A DNA stretch of 64,000 nucleotides from Chiloscyllium plagiosum (lineage: Eukaryota), in the NCBI RefSeq assembly GCF_004010195.1, contig NC_057754.1:1392269-1456268 (forward strand), given 5' to 3'. Below are positions 47,806-60,424 of the stretch, piece after piece. The first letter of the stretch is position 1; every line of letters begins with the position of its first letter. The position numbers and the translations under genes are program-made. The notes below the pieces were generated by a model that was not told where the DNA came from, did no database searches, and saw nothing but the letters and a program-made list of their open reading frames with translations.

Positions 47806-48485
47806 TTGCCATTATTTCAGATGAGACATTAAATGGAGAACCTATCTTTTCTTTTTATTCGTTCCTGGGATAAGGGTGTCACTGGCTGGGCCCAGCACAT
47901 ATTACCCATCCTTTATTACCCAGAGGGCAATTCATAGTCAACCACATTGCTGTGGGTCTGGAGACATGAGTAGGCCGAGACCAGGTAAGTATGGCAGTTT
48001 CCATTAGTCACCCAGATGGGCCTTTCCAACAGTTGGCAATGGATTCATGGCCACCATTAGACTCCGAATTCCAGATAGTTACTGAATTCAAATTGCACCA
48101 TCTGCCATGGTGGGTTTCGAACCCGGGTCCCCAGAACATTACCCCAGTCCAGTGATAATACCACTAGGCCATCACATCCCCTTGTTAGCAGGGGGGGTGG
48201 GGGGAACATCCCACATTCACTGCTGCAAGAAGGTAGGGAGGGGGTCTGATGTTCTCCCCGGGGTCCCGAGGCTGATGTTGATCCCTCGACCAACGTTGCT
48301 AAACACAGACGATCCAGGTCAGTCCCACATTGCTGTGCGCGTGGGATCTTGCTGTGCAGCAACCGACTGCTGCAGTCTCTACCTTCCCAAATGAGCCCGC
48401 CGGTCAAAAAATAAAGTCCTTTACTGGCTGTTTCACACTTGGAGAGGGCCCGGCCTCCTGAAAGGCGCTCTTCAAATGCAGAGCT
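47780..48485 (+). mobile_element. DeuSINE (SacSINE1/AmnSINE1-like) remnant, interrupted by another repeat at about 47850-48180
   Basis: CTGAGGGAG..GCACTGTCGGAG.TGCC.TT.TTTCAGATGAGACATTAAA, then GTTCTCCCCGG.GTCC...CACATTGCTGT...GTGGGATCTTGCTGTGCA...TGAAAGGCGCT...AAATGCA, following the order of the recalled Deu-domain consensus. Confidence 0.75.
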
Positions 48486-51400
48486 TTTACGGAGCAGCTC
48501 TTTGGCTAGTGATGGGGCCGGGAGGGGAGGGTTGCTGGATAAGGACAAAAATAAAACCCAGTGATGGGGAGAGGTGAGAGGCTCTCTCCTGATAACCACC
48601 AACCTCCCTCCTTCATCCTGACCCAGACTGGAGTTTATCCCAGGTCTCTGCTGGGGCCACAGAGAGACACACTCAGTATCTCTGGCTGTCCAGCCAGAGG
48701 CAGCTTGGGGAAGGAGGATACTGATAAGGTGGGGGTGGTGGTGGGGAAATGACAGCCACTGCCTGATAACAGGCATCTGCCGAGGAAAAGGGAAGGGGGA
48801 GGTCTCCCTCCAGGCTAACCACAGCTCTCCGATAGCCCAGCACTCAGAACCCACAATGACCTGTACTTCCAGCACCAGCAGCTCATAACACTGATAGTTA
48901 CACAGCAAACAGGCCACTCCTTCCTCTGTCACCCGCTACCCCCTCCAGCCCCTACAACCCCTCCCTATCTCTGTATCCCCTCCAGCCCCTACACCCCCTC
49001 CCTATCTCTGTANNNNNNNNNNNNNNNNNNNNNNNNNNNNNNNNNNNNNNNNNNNNNNNNNNNNNNNNNNNNNNNNNNNNNNNNNNNNNNNNNNNNNNNN
49101 NNNNNNNNNNNNNNNNNNNNNNNNNNNNNNNNNNNNNNNNNNNNNNNNNNNNNNNNNNNNNNNNNNNNNNNNNNNNNNNNNNNNNNNNNNNNNNNNNNNN
49201 NNNNNNNNNNNNNNNNNNNNNNNNNNNNNNNNNNNNNNNNNNNNNNNNNNNNNNNNNNNNNNNNNNNNNNNNNNNNNNNNNNNNNNNNNNNNNNNNNNNN
49301 NNNNNNNNNNNNNNNNNNNNNNNNNNNNNNNNNNNNNNNNNNNNNNNNNNNNNNNNNNNNNNNNNNNNNNNNNNNNNNNNNNNNNNNNNNNNNNNNNNNN
49401 NNNNNNNNNNNNNNNNNNNNNNNNNNNNNNNNNNNNNNNNNNNNNNNNNNNNNNNNNNNNNNNNNNNNNNNNNNNNNNNNNNNNNNNNNNNNNNNNNNNN
49501 NNNNNNNNNNNNNNNNNNNNNNNNNNNNNNNNNNNNNNNNNNNNNNNNNNNNNNNNNNNNNNNNNNNNNNNNNNNNNNNNNNNNNNNNNNNNNNNNNNNN
49601 NNNNNNNNNNNNNNNNNNNNNNNNNNNNNNNNNNNNNNNNNNNNNNNNNNNNNNNNNNNNNNNNNNNNNNNNNNNNNNNNNNNNNNNNNNNNNNNNNNNN
49701 NNNNNNNNNNNNNNNNNNNNNNNNNNNNNNNNNNNNNNNNNNNNNNNNNNNNNNNNNNNNNNNTCACTGTAACCCCCTCCAGCCCCTACCCCCTCCCTAT
49801 CTCAGTCACCCTTCCATTCTGTTCCCTAATCCTTCACCATCATGGCTGACCATTCAACTCAACAGCCTCATCCTGCTTTCTTCTCACAACCTTCGATCCC
49901 ATTCTCCCCAAGTGCTATATCGAGCAATCTCTTGGACACATTCAATGATTTGTCCTCAACTCCTTCCTGTGGTAAAGAATTCCACAGGCCCACCACTCTC
50001 TGGGTGAAGACATGTCTCCTCATCTGCGTCCTAAACGGATCACCCTGAATCCTCAGACTGTGACCCTTGGTTCTGGATGCACCCACCATCGGGAACACCC
50101 TGCCTGCCTCTACCCTGTCTCGTCCTGTTCGGATTTTATTAGTCTCCATGAGATCACCCCTCACTCCTCTGGGCCATCCTAACCTAGCCAAACTCTCTGT
50201 ATACGTCAGTCCCACCATCCCTGGAACCAGCCTGGGAAACCCTCACTGCACCCCTAAAAAGCGAGACCATCCTTCCCCAGGATAGGGGGAGCTGGAGGAG
50301 CTGATATGAAGGAGGATTTGAAGCCTAGGCCAGATCATCTATGACCTGAGGGCCAGCTGAGGGCTTGCCCTTTTCCTTAGCTATTGGGAATTGGGAGGGG
50401 CAGAGGGGTCAGGAGGGGGATAACAAGGCAGCACCAGATTGGGATGGGGGCAATGTTGCCCCACGTCCGGATTGGGCGGGGCAGGGTCCCGACACCAGTC
50501 ACCACAACTGGGAAATCCGGAAGCTACAAAATGCACAAAGTCATCAGATCTCAGCTCCCGGGGACTTACGCTGTCGAACTCTCACAGGAACCCAAAGCAT
50601 CAGCCCTCACCACTTCCTCAATCCACTCTCGGAGTCACATCGACTGCCCCAGCTCAGCAGGGAGGCCGCTCAGCTCCTCGCAAACACACTGGTTCCCCAG
50701 AACGAGCAAGAGCACCCAATCCCTCTTCTCTGGCTTCTCTCTTTATCCCTGCACCTTCCTCCCTCGTAGACAGTGTCATATTGGGGACTCTGGGTCTGTA
50801 CTCGGTGGAGTTTAGCAGGATGGGGGGGGGGGAGGAAATCAGACTGAAACGTACAGAATACCGAGTGGCCTGGATGGAGTGGAGAAGCTGTTTCCACCGG
50901 GGTAGAACCAGGACCTCAGGGTGAAGGGACGGGGATGAGGAGGAATCGCTCCAGCCAGAGGGTGGGGGATCTGTGGAGCTCGTCCCTGCAGAGGGCTGTG
51001 GAGGCCAAGTCATTGCACGTACTTGAGACAGAGATGGATAGGGCCTTGACTGGTGAGGGGGTCAAGGGTTACAGGGAAGAGGCGGGAGAACGGGGTTGAG
51101 AGACACATCAGCCGCGATCGATGAGCTGAATGGTCCAACTCCGATCCTCTCCCACAGGCAGTACACTCCCGAAACCTCGGGCCCCCTCCCGCGTCCATTT
51201 TCTCCATCCTAAGTCCGTGCTCCCCTCCCCCCGGGTTCTTCCTGCTTCGGCGACTGGGAGCAGTCTCCTCCCTGTCAACTCTGTCCCAGACCCTCTCCCC
51301 ATCCACCCACTCGCGAGGAGGATGGACCCACCCCCCACGGGTCCCCCAGGACTTCCTCACTATCGGTCCTGCCGACCCTTTCGAAGGCGGATAGAATCCT

Positions 51401-53334
51401 CAAGATGTGCAGCACGGAAACAGACCCTTCGGCCCAACCCGTCTGTGCTGACTAGATATCCCAACCTAATCCAGTCCCGTTTGCCAGCACTTAGAGTACT
51501 AACAGTGTGGAAACAGGCCCTTCGGCCCAACAAGTCCACACCGACCCTCCGAAGAGCAACCCACCCAGATCCATTCCCCTACATTTACCCCTTCACCCAA
51601 CACTGCAGGCAATTTAGCATGGCCAATCCACCCTAACCTGCACATTTTTTTGGACTGTGGGAGGAAACTGGAGCACCCAGAGGAAACTCACGCAGACACG
51701 GGGAGAATGTGCAAACTCCACGCAGACATTTGCCCGAAGCGGGAATTGAACCCGGGCCCCTGGCGCTGAGGCATCAGTGCTAACCACTGTGCCACCCACT
51801 TGATCCCATATCCCTCCAAACCCTTCCTATTCATATACCCATCCAGATGGCTTTTAAATGTTGTGATTGCACCAGCCTCCACCACTTCCTCTGGCAGCTC
51901 ATTCCATACACGTACCACCCTCTGCATGAAAAAGTTGCCCCTTAGGTCTCTTTTATATCTTTCCCCTTTAAATCTTTCCCCTCTCATCCTAAACCTATGC
52001 CCTCTAGCTCTGGACTCCTCTTATCCCATTTATTTATCCTATCCATGCCCCTCATGATTTTATAAACCTCTTGTAAGATCACCCCTCAGCCTCTGACACT
52101 CCAGGGAAAACAGCCCCAGCCTATTCAGCCCCTCCCTATGGCTCAAATCCTCCGTGTGTGTGAAGCGGGTGAAAAATTGGACTTAGGACACAAAGTCGGT
52201 TGTGGGAGGGGGGGGGGGGGGGAGAGGAGGCGGCAGCATGGGGGAAGGAATACCAGAGTTGTAACCCGCATTGACACGTTTCCCAACTCTCCCTACCCCC
52301 TCCCCTTTCTCTCCCGGCCAAAGCTACAAACTGGCTGTAGGCCAGAGGTGGTGTCTCCTGGTCTGGAGATCTGCGACCCCAGTGCTTCCCCTGCCTCTTT
52401 TCACTTTGGCTTCCGCCCACTCCCTCGCCACAGCCAGCCCTTTCCCTGCTGCACAGGCCCTCAGTCAGGGTTGCCCTCCCCCCCCACCCCACAACCTCCA
52501 CCTCCACCACGTGACTCCCCAGGCTAGGCTGCCATTCCCCTTCTGCTCTGCGTTCCGCTGACAGCTCGGAACCACATCCTTCCGCTCAGGCACACAAGTT
52601 AAAAACACAGTGAGCGGAGCAGAGCAACACGCGGAGGGTGGGGCTACACAGGGGCCACCAACTCAGGCTGCGGCCTAGTCCAAAAATAGACCCTCTGTGC
52701 GATTATCCGCATCAGAGGGGCCGACATGTGACTCCAGACCCACCGTGAGGTGGGGCCAGGGGCGGGAATATTGTGGGATCAGGGAGAGGAATTAATACTA
52801 GGCCCGGCCAAACCAAACCTTTAAAGAGTGGTCATCTTCTAGGCTCTCCGTTCTTAGTAAAAACATGAAAGGGAGGATTCTCTCATTCATCATACAAACC
52901 TTACTGTGTGGAAGCGGGCCATTCAGCCCATTGAGCCCACATTGACCCCCCCAAGAAGCAGCCCACCCTATCCCTCTATTTCCCATGGCCAATCCACCCT
53001 AAACTGCACATCTTTGGTCTGTGGGAGGGAACCAGAGCACCTGGAGGAAACCCACACAGATACAGGGAGAATGTGCAAACTCCACACAGAGAGTCGCCTG
53101 AGGGTGGGATCAAACCCGGGTCCCCAACGCTACAAGGCAACAGTGCTAACTACTGAGCCATAGTGTTGGAGAGAGACAAGTGGTGTAGGTTTAACCAGAG
53201 GGTCACCACATTTCAGGTGAGGGTGGGAGGACAGCCCTTCATGGTAACCTGAACCAGTGCAGGAATCGAACCTACACTATCAACATCGCTGCATCACCCC
53301 CAACCAACCGTCCAGCCAACTGAGCTAACTGACT

Positions 53335-54168
53335 GTACAGGACATTGGTTAGGCTGCTTTTGTAATACTGCATTCAGTTCTGGTCTCCCTGCTATAAGAA
53401 GGATGTTGTGGAACTTGAAAGGGTTCAGAAAAGATTTACAAGGATGTTGCCAGGGTTGGAGGGTTTGAGCTACAGGGAGAGGCTGAACAGGCTGGGGCTG
53501 TTTTCCCTGGAGCGTCAGAGACTGAGGGGTGACCTTATAGAGGTTTATAAAATCATGAGGGGCATGGATAGGGTAAATAGACAAAGTCTTTTCCCTGGGG
53601 TCGGGGAGTACAGAACTAGAGACCTGGGTTCAATTCCCTCCTCAGACGACTGACTGTGTGGAGTTTGCACATTCTCCCCGTGTCTGCGTGGGTTTCCTCC
53701 GGGTGCTCCGGTTTCCTCCCACAATCCAAAGATGTGCAGGTCAGGTGAATTGGCCATGCTAAATTGCCTGTAGTGTTAGGTAACGGGTAAATGTAGGGGT
53801 ATGGGTGGGTTGCGCTTCGGCGGGTCGGTGTGGACTTGTTGGGCCGAAGGGCCTGTTTCCACACTGTAATGTAATCTAATCTAGAGGGCGCAGGTTTAGG
53901 GTGAGAGGGGAAAAATATAAAAAGAGACCCAAGGGGGCAACATTTTCACGCAGAGGGTGGTACGGATATGGAATGAGCTGCCAGAGGAAGTGGTGGAGGC
54001 TGGTACAATGACAACATTTAAGAGGCATTTGGATGGGTATATGAATAGGAAGGGTTTGGAGGGATATGGGCCGGGTGCTGGCAAATGGGATTGGATTAGG
54101 TTGGGAATATCTGGTCGGCATGGATGGGTTGGGCTGAAGGGCCTGTTTCCGTACTGTACGTCTCGATG
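53335..54168 (+). mobile_element. CR1/HER1 LINE 3' fragment containing a 5'-truncated HE1 SINE (about 53622-53880)
   Basis: CR1 ORF2 C-terminus LERVQKRFTRMLPGLEGLSYRERL...LRGDLIEVYKIMRG and RIWNELPEEVVEAG; the HE1 is flanked by CTAGAG at 53616 and 53881, a candidate target-site duplication. Confidence 0.9.
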
Positions 54169-55521
54169 ATTCTGGAACCCCATTCTTTGGGAGTGTCCAC
54201 TGCACGATGGAGTTTGTTTTCCAAGTTAGCTGTAACTAACCAGGGGGTTATGAAGATTTCATTCTGTCTAATTATTGGTTACTGTGCAATAATGGCCAGT
54301 TGCATTTCTGAGGGAGATTAACCCTGGAGGCCATATAGCACCCATACTCCTTCAATTAACCCCAGACCTAACACTGGGGGAAAGTACCCCTTCAGTTAAA
54401 CCAAGGAAGGTTGAGTCTGATTGCTCCAGGCATTTTCTGAGGAACGTGTCAGAGTTTGATCTGTTTTTTTGACAAGTCCAAACAGATGTGATGTGCTTAA
54501 ACGCTGTGTTTGCGAAAAGTCGGGAACCACGCATCAATATAAATAGCTTCCTGAATTTGCAACTGCGCCACTCTGCAAGACTGACTGACAGTCTTATAAT
54601 AGGCCATCAGTGAAACGCTGGTTTAAATTTAAACAATGCTTGTTGGTTAGCTGTCAGTCATCATTTAAGTGGTGCATCCCTCCCCCCCACCCCCCCCCCC
54701 CCCCAGGGCCAGTCAGATCCCACTTCCCAGCCTTCAGCACTCTCCTCCCGCACAGTCTAACTTTTGCACACTCCCCTGCCCCCAGCAGCACAGAAACAGA
54801 CCCTTCGGCCCAACCAGTCTGTGCTGACCCTAACCCCAAACTAAACTAGCCCCAGCTGCCCCATATCCCTCCAATCCCTTTCCTATCCAGGTCCTTATCC
54901 AAATGTCTTTTAAATGTTGGAACTGTCCCCACACTCACCACTCCCTCAGCAGGTCTGTTCCACAAAGATGTCCAGCAGGGAAACAGACCCTTCAGCCCAA
55001 CTCACCCATGCCAACCAGATATCCTAACTTAAGCTAGTCCCATTTGTCAGCACTTGGTTCATATCCCACTAAACCCTTCCTATTCACATACCCATCCAGA
55101 TGCCTTTTAAATGCTGTATCAGCCTCCACCACTTCCTCTGGCAGCTTGTTCCATACACGCACCACCCTCTGCGTGAAAAAGTTGCCCCTCAGGTCCCCTC
55201 TCACCTTTAACCTATGCCCTCTAGTTTTGGACTCCCCACCCCAGGGGTAAAGCTATTTTCCCTATCCACCCCCACTACGAACCTTCATAAGGTCGCCCCT
55301 CAGCCCCAGCCTCTCTCTTATAGCTTTTTGCAAATTGCGCTGCAAGTCAAAAAAAAAATCCTCTGACAGAACATGTCTTTTATCCACTTGCCGTGCGCGG
55401 CCAAATAACTATTTACCCCGAGAAACATAATACATTCTGTGGCATTGCATTCATACACAGAGGTCTTCTACCAAGCCTGGTCTTTCAGACCACTGACTGC
55501 AACTGTGGTTGACTTTTTTTT

Positions 55522-55843
55522 TAGATTAGATTAGATTAGATTACTTACGGTGTGGAAACAGGCCCTTTGGCCCAACAAGTCCACACCGACCCGCTGAAGC
55601 GCAAACCACCCATTCCCCTACATTTACCCCTTTACCTAACACTACGGGCAATTTAGCATGGCCAATTCACTGACCCTGCACATCTTTGGACTGTGGGAGG
55701 AAACCGGAGCACCCGGAGGAAACCCACGCAGACACGGGGAGAACGTGCAAACTCCACACAGTCAGTCGCCTGAGTCGGGAATTGAACCCGGGTCTCTGGC
55801 GCTGTGAGGCAGCAGTGCTAACCACTGTGCCACCGTGCCGCCC
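55522..55843 (-). mobile_element. Full-length young HE1 SINE
   Basis: Near-consensus copy with (TTAGA)n tail. Further copies at about 19795-19958, 27470-27683, 32285-32570, 37183-37347, 42350-42584, 51500-51800, 52905-53162 and 63790-64000. Confidence 0.92.
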
Positions 55844-55935
55844 ACTTTGGACAGGTGACTGGGTTTGAGTTGACAATCCCAGGCCCTTGTACCCCGGTCT
55901 CACTGACGCTGACCGTCAGATTCGTTGGCGCTTAC

Positions 55936-56101
55936 CGATTTTCTCCACAAGTTGAAGGATGACACCACCGATGTGCACATCGCCGTTCACTCTCAAGGTG
56001 ATGGGATCCGCCTCAGGACCCAGTTCTTCCACAGTGATCTTCAGCTCCCATGATGCATCTATGTAGTCCCCGCTGGAAGTCTTGATGCCCCCCTGCGCCA
56101 T
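55936..56101 (-). CDS. FERMT3: Kindlin-3 (FERM domain containing kindlin 3), first coding exon
   Basis: [56 protein letters not shown]|gtaagc; the GDYID.SWEL motif is FERMT3-like; acceptor 12 nt upstream of the ATG. The next exon is not visible and may lie in gap 49013-49763. Confidence 0.93.
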
Positions 56102-58529
56102 CGTTCAACATCCCTGGCAACAGCAAAAGGCAAGCGGGTCAGTCAAACCCATGGCCAGCCCGCACCGAGACCGGTTCAATCCAGCTCACTGAGTGTGGTC
56201 AAGAAGGATCTCAGATTGTAAAGGGGCTATTGGGAGAAGGTGGGCATTGAGATTGGGATTGGACCCGATTCTACTGAACGCTGGAGCAGACTTGAAGGAA
56301 TACCGTGTTCAAATCTGCTTCTCCCTGCTATCGGTAGGATGTGAAACTTGGAAGGTTTACAAGGATGCTGGAGGGTTTGAGCTACAGGGCTGTAGGCTGG
56401 GGCTATTTTCCCTGGAGGCTGAGGGGTGACCTTATAAAGGTTTATAAAATCATGAGGGGCATGGGTAGGATAAATAGACAAGGTCTTTTCTCTGGGGTCG
56501 GGGAGTCCAGAACTAGAGGACATAGGTTTAGGGTGAGAGGGGAAAGATTTAAAAGGGACCACTTTTTCACACAGAGGGTGGTGTGTGTGTGTGTGTGTGT
56601 GTGTGTGGAATGAGCTGCCAGAGGAAGTGGTGGAGGCTGGTACAATGACAGCATTTAAAAGGCATCTGGATGGGTATATGAATAGAAAGGGTTTGGAGGG
56701 ATATGGGCCGGGTGCTGGCAAATGGGACGAGATTAGGTTGGGATATCTGGTCGGCACGGACGAGTTGGACCAAAGGGTCTGTTTCCGTGCTGTACATCTC
56801 TCTGACCAAAGGGTGTACCCCTGCTGCTGGTTCCTATGGTTTCCGTGAGGTGACACTTGAGAAGACTGGGCCTACATTCCTTGGAGTATAGAATTATAAA
56901 GAAAATAACACTCTTACAGGGGGGGTCACAGGGAGGTGGTCACTCCCCCAATCTTGGGTGGGGAGGTCACAAGCAACTCAGGATAAGGGGCTGGCCATTT
57001 TGGACTGAGAGGAGGGGGAGTGTTTTCACTCAGAGAGTGGGGAATCGTGGGAGGGTAGGGTTGGCTCAGTCACAGAGCGAGTTCAAGATGGAGGCCGAGA
57101 AGATTCTTGATATTAGAGACACGGAGGGACGGTGAGGGGAAAATGGTGTTGAAGTAAGAGATCTGCTTGAACAAGGTTATGGGAGAAATAGCTCAGCTTC
57201 CTGCACCTATGTTCACTGTAGCAGGAACCCAGAAAGAGGGAGAGAGGAAAGGATGAGGGGCAGAGGTTGGCTGCGGGGGTGGAAGGTTAGGTGGAGCAGG
57301 TTAAGCTGAGACCCACTGGAGTTTAGTAGTACGAGAGGTGATCTTATTGACGCCAATAATGGTCAGGGGGGTGGGAGGGTGGTTTAGCAGGGTCCTACCT
57401 GGGCAAAGCCTGGACAATAATGGAGCATCCCATTAAAGACGAAGATGAGGACGAATTTCTTCGCTCTGAGTGCGGAGAGTCTGTGGAATTCTCACTCCCC
57501 CAGAGGGGGTTTGGGTCTTGGGGATGGTGGGGGAGGGTGACTGATCATAGTCAATGCCGCTTTCAAGTGGTTTCTGATTGACGATGGTTTTGGAGGAGGT
57601 GGAGGGTCACCCCTATAGGTCTGCTACAATCTGATTGAATGGGGTAGCAGAGGCTGGAAGGGTTCAATGGCCTACTCCTGCTCTTTTTTTAAAAAGAAAG
57701 ATTTTATTCATATGGACCTTGGGACATCCTCATGACATACGTGTACACACACACGCACACCCACAAATTAGTCCATACTACTCCACGGGATGCCCACCAT
57801 ATGTATTTCTCTGCATGTTGGTTGGTTGGTTGCTATGGCCCACAGTAAGTGGACAACCTTTATTTGGGCCTGGGGTCAAAGGGCAGAGTTGACCAGATCG
57901 TGAAACAACCTAAACTCTGCTGAAGATACTTCACGGTGAGTTCCCATCAGGACACACGTGCAAGAGATTCACATTTCAGGTGGTCACAACCACTTACCCG
58001 ACGGGGAACCGGATTGGTAGTTGGATGGCGATTGGCTGAACTGTTGCCGTGGGGAGCGGCAAGGCTCCTGGGTTGGTTAGGGCTTGTCCCAATGGCTGTG
58101 AGAGATGTTGGCTAACGGACCCCTATTTTCAGCGATAGGCTTCTCAGGAGGTCTCTCCGAACGGAGTCACTCCGATTAACAGGCAGTGTTCAGGAATGGG
58201 GGGAGAGAGGGATCAGAGCTGCTCCCACTGTCTGGTGTGAGTGGGCCATTCTCCTGCTATCCCCCAGCTGGTGAATGGAAGACCTTGGAGTTAGGCCTTC
58301 CCAGTTTAATGAGTCTGACTTACATCCGTTTCTCCTTCCAGCTGAAGGCCAAGGCTACGATAAGGAATACACACAGAAGGAATTGTTTGCTGTGTTTTAT
58401 TAACTGGGTGTGACTGTGATTGCCAACAGAGTGGCACACAACAAACATAAAAACGGCAGAAATCTAGAGTCACACACCACACTGGAGGCATAATGGGCCA
58501 TAGCACATGTACCCAGCTCTCCCACTGCT

Positions 58530-58697
58530 CTGTCAGCACTGACCCTCCCACAGTGCAGCACTCCCTCAGCACTGACCCTCCCACAGTGCAGCACTCCCTC
58601 AGCACTGACCCTCCCACAGTGCCCGCTCCCTCAGCACTGACCCTCCGACAGTGCCCACTCCCTCAGCACTGACCCTCCGACAGCCCCCGCTCCCTCA
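58530..58697 (-). repeat. 32-bp DeuSINE-derived minisatellite (reverse orientation), runs into the gap
   Basis: CAGCACTGACCCTCC(C/G)ACAGTGCAGCACTCCCT repeated about 5 times; the reverse-complement relative of the 44334-47805 unit. Confidence 0.9.
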
Positions 58698-59367
58698 NNN
58701 NNNNNNNNNNNNNNNNNNNNNNNNNNNNNNNNNNNNNNNNNNNNNNNNNNNNNNNNNNNNNNNNNNNNNNNNNNNNNNNNNNNNNNNNNNNNNNNNNNNN
58801 NNNNNNNNNNNNNNNNNNNNNNNNNNNNNNNNNNNNNNNNNNNNNNNNNNNNNNNNNNNNNNNNNNNNNNNNNNNNNNNNNNNNNNNNNNNNNNNNNNNN
58901 NNNNNNNNNNNNNNNNNNNNNNNNNNNNNNNNNNNNNNNNNNNNNNNNNNNNNNNNNNNNNNNNNNNNNNNNNNNNNNNNNNNNNNNNNNNNNNNNNNNN
59001 NNNNNNNNNNNNNNNNNNNNNNNNNNNNNNNNNNNNNNNNNNNNNCCTTAGGTCTCTTTTATATCTTTCCCCTCTCACCCTAAACCTATGCCCTCTAGTT
59101 CTGGACTCCCTCACCCCAGGGAAAAGACCTTGTCTATTTACCCTATCCATGCCCCTCATGATTTTATAAACCTCTATATGGTCACCTCTCAGCCTCCGAC
59201 GCACCAGGGAAAACAGCCTCTCCCGATAGCTCAAACCCTCCAACCCTGGCAACATCCTTGTAAATCTTTTCTGAACCCTTTCGAGTTTCACAACATCTTT
59301 TCGACAGTAATTAGGAAGGCAAATGAAATTTCGGGTCTTTGTTCAAGTGGAGGCCTTGTTATAGCTG

Positions 59368-59886
59368 GGAGAAAGTGAGGCCTGCAGATGCTGGAGATCA
59401 GAGTCAAGAGCGTGGCGCTGGAAAAGCACAGCAGGTCAGGCAGCATCCGAGGAGCAGGAGAATCGACATTTTGCCCTTCATCAGGAATGTGCCAGTCATT
59501 ATGCCCGAAACGTCGACTCTCCTGCTCCTCGGATGCTGCCTGACTGGCTGTGCTTAGATTAGATTACTTACAGTGTGGAAACAGGCCCTTCGGCCCAACA
59601 AGTCCACACCGACCCGCCGAAGCGTAACCCACCCATACCCCTACCCTTACATTTACCCCTTTAACTTAACACTACAGGCAATTTAGCATGGCCAATTCAC
59701 CTGACCTGCACATCTTTGGACAGTGGGAGGAAACCGGAGCACCCGGAGGAAACCCACACAGACACGGGGAGAATGTGCAAACTCCACACAGTCAGTCGCC
59801 TGAGTCGGGAATTGAACCCGGGTCTCTGGCGCTGTGAGGCAGCAGTGCTAACCACTGTGCCACCGTGCGTTCTCCAGCACCACACA
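59368..59886. mobile_element. Inverted pair of Penelope-like fragments; right arm interrupted by an HE1 SINE (about 59556-59868, minus)
   Basis: Left arm AGCACAGCAGGTCAGGCAGCATCCGAGGAGCAGGAGAATCGAC...CTTCATCAGGAAT; right arm GCCCGAAACGTCGACTCTCCTGCTCCTCGGATGCTGCCTGAC..GCTGTGCT, resuming as TCTCCAGCACCACAC after the SINE. Confidence 0.72.
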
Positions 59887-60424
59887 CTGCAGCCTTACTA
59901 TACAACCGTACAGGGTGAGACTGTACCCGACAGACTGTGTACAGTCCCGGCCTCCTTCCTCCAGGATGGAGATACTTCCATTGGACACAGTTCTAACCCC
60001 TGGGACACAGGGGTTAATGCTGTGGACCTGTATCTATTGACGTTTCAAAGAGGGAGAGATGACCTTATTGAAAATGCTACGACCCCAGAGAGAGAGATTG
60101 AGGGGGTGGGTGCTGGGATAATGTTACCCAAACCCCCTCCTGGGGGATAACGAAGAAAGGGCAGGGGGACGGTTTCAGAAACCGGGATGTCCCAGAGGAC
60201 CATAAGCGCTTGGAATCCTCTTCCCGAGAGGACAGTGGAAGTTGGTTCATTGAATGTATTCAGAGCTGGGTTCGGCAGATTTTTGATTGACAAAGGAATC
60301 AAGGATTTTTGAGTTGGGGGAGGGTGGAGGGAGCAAACAGGAGTTGAGGCTACACCAATGATCAAATTGAATTATAGAACAGGCTCAAGGGACTGAATGG
60401 CCTCTTCCAGTTCTGACTAATTCT

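Noticed and set aside
48057..48932. 291-aa minus-strand ORF
   Set aside because: It overlaps the antisense strand of DeuSINE and other repeat remnants, has no recognisable domain and does not resemble the missing FERMT3 exon.
54420..54600. Possible intronic C/D snoRNA
   Set aside because: The C-box-like match is imperfect (GTGATGTG), there is no terminal stem, and it is antisense to the host gene.
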